Positions 62,738 to 64,000 of a stretch of DNA of 64,000 nt are shown one piece after another. The first letter of the stretch is position 1. Every line of letters begins with the position of its first letter. The translations under genes were made by a program, and so were the position numbers. The notes under the pieces were generated by a model. That model was given only the letters and a program-made list of their open reading frames with translations. It searched no databases and was not told the DNA's origin. The DNA is from Thermoplasmata archaeon (GTDB taxonomy: Archaea; Thermoplasmatota; Thermoplasmata; Lutacidiplasmatales; UBA184): NCBI GenBank assembly GCA_030041175.1, contig JASHOK010000006.1, positions 7,710 to 71,709 on the forward strand, read 5' to 3'.

Positions 62738-63547
62738 GTGTCCTTCGAATCCTTCTGCCTCAAGCCGGGTCGGCCCGTCCGTCTCTCAAAAATCGACCCA
62801 GGGAGCACCGCCGCCTTCCGGGGAGGGAAGCGACGAGCGACGGCGGTACTCTCGCAGCACCGGGCGGAGCTGGACCGCCTCCAGGAGCTCTTCTACGCCG
62901 ACGGCCGGCGCGGCCTCCTGGCGGTCCTTCAGGGCATGGACACCAGCGGCAAGGACGGAACGATCCGCCACGTCTTCGAAGGCGTGAACCCGCAAGGGGT
63001 TCAGGTTGCCACCTTCAAGGCGCCGACCCCGGAGGAGCTCGGTCACGACTTCCTGTGGAGAATCCACCCGCACACGCCCCTGCGCGGGAACATTGCCATC
63101 TTCAACCGTAGCCACTACGAAGACGTCCTCGTGAGCCGGGTGCACCAGCTGGTGCCGCGCCGCGTCCTCTCCGCTCGGTACGGGGAGATCAACGGCTTCG
63201 AGCGTGAGCTGACCACCGAGGGCGTTACCGTGCTCAAGTTCTGCCTGTACATCGGACGGGACGAGCAGGGCCGGCGCCTGCGGGAGCGCCTCAAGGACCC
63301 ATCCAAGCAATGGAAGCTCAGCCCATCGGATGCGACCGAGCGGGAATTCTGGCCGGAATACATGGAAGCCTACGAGGAAATGCTGCAGCGAACGACGACG
63401 GCCTGGGCACCGTGGTATGTCGTGCCGTCCAACCACAAGTGGTTCCGGAATCTGGTGGTCTCTCGGATCCTGATCGAGACGCTCCGGGGGATGGACCTGC
63501 GGTATCCTCCTCCCACCGTGGATCTGGCGACCTATCGGATCGAGTGA
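62738..63547 (+). CDS. ppk2: polyphosphate kinase 2 family protein
   Basis: LLAVLQGMDTSGKDGTIRHVF (Walker A), FNRSHYEDVLV, and WKLSPSD...REFW lid motifs. Confidence 0.9.
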   Translation: MSFESFCLKPGRPVRLSKIDPGSTAAFRGGKRRATAVLSQHRAELDRLQELFYADGRRGLLAVLQGMDTSGKDGTIRHVFEGVNPQGVQVATFKAPTPEELGHDFLWRIHPHTPLRGNIAIFNRSHYEDVLVSRVHQLVPRRVLSARYGEINGFERELTTEGVTVLKFCLYIGRDEQGRRLRERLKDPSKQWKLSPSDATEREFWPEYMEAYEEMLQRTTTAWAPWYVVPSNHKWFRNLVVSRILIETLRGMDLRYPPPTVDLATYRIE

Positions 63548-63663
63548 GTCTGGGACCCGAGGTCACGGCGCGGACACCCCCGGTGCCCTGAGTGCCTGGA
63601 ACGGGGCCCGGACCCGCCGACGGTCAAGGGCGGCAGCAGGCGCTCCACCTCGCCCGCGGTTCC

Positions 63664-64000
63664 TTAGGGCGGTTTCGCGGGCGTCGGGAGGGCTGGAGTC
63701 GGAGGGGCGGCGGCCCTTCCACCCCGGGCCGGCGAGCTCGGTCGACGATCCCGTTGTAGCAGAAAGATTCCCAGCGCGATCAGTGCCAGCCCGGCCAGTT
63801 CAACGTCCGTCACCGCCTCACCGAAGATGACTAGTCCGACCAGAAGGCCGGTGACCGGATTGACGTAACCCACGAGGTTGGCTCGAGTCGGCCCCGAGCT
63901 GTGGTGGATTCGAAAATAGAGCGAGTAGCCGACGACCCCGGGCACAACGACGAGGAAGGCCAGCGTACCTGCCGCGGTGACGGGGGTGCCCAAGGTGAGA
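63664..64000 (-). CDS. EamA/DMT-family transporter, C-terminal part (5' end beyond the window)
   Basis: LVGYVNPVTGLLVGLVIFGEAVT...LALIALGIFLL is the typical last EamA repeat. The frame is open to the window edge. Confidence 0.6.
   Translation of the reverse strand, partial: LTLGTPVTAAGTLAFLVVVPGVVGYSLYFRIHHSSGPTRANLVGYVNPVTGLLVGLVIFGEAVTDVELAGLALIALGIFLLQRDRRPSSPARGGRAAAPPTPALPTPAKPP

Overview
Dense, very GC-rich chromosomal segment that is clearly archaeal. Evidence: prefoldin alpha and beta, ribosomal protein LX, KEOPS Pcc1, TATA-like boxes about 25 nt upstream of several start codons, and many 4-nt start/stop overlaps. A small Cys-rich protein and some membrane proteins hint at a Thermoplasmatota-like lineage, but I cannot verify taxonomy without a search. 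I call about 75 protein genes, one tRNA-Gln(UUG), no rRNA and no CRISPR array. Most content is housekeeping or metabolism: ftsY, argS, queC, arcC, purB, pyk, NAD-formate dehydrogenase, citrate synthase, glnA with a divergent Lrp regulator, truA, msrB, PPK2, peptidases and transporters. There is one mobile element, a solo TnpB (IS200/IS605 OrfB-type) gene bracketed by a perfect 17-bp inverted repeat (49111..50507). The locus most worth a second look is 27.5-33.0 kb. It encodes a membrane-anchored SPFH/flotillin-like protein, a P-loop GTPase-like protein, a 280-aa orphan, a paralogue of the GTPase with a destroyed Walker A lysine, and a convergent 560-aa orphan. I cannot assign this combination to any system I know. 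Secondary curiosities are listed below:
- a zinc-finger/heme-oxygenase-like enzyme flanked by small Cys-containing proteins
- a ThiI-like protein with a degenerate PP-loop
- two genes whose conserved N-termini lie upstream of any canonical start codon
- a partial bactofilin-like gene at the left edge
All family calls come from motif recognition by eye. No database search or structure prediction was possible. Many long ORFs in the track are GC-driven antisense or alternative-frame artefacts and were rejected.
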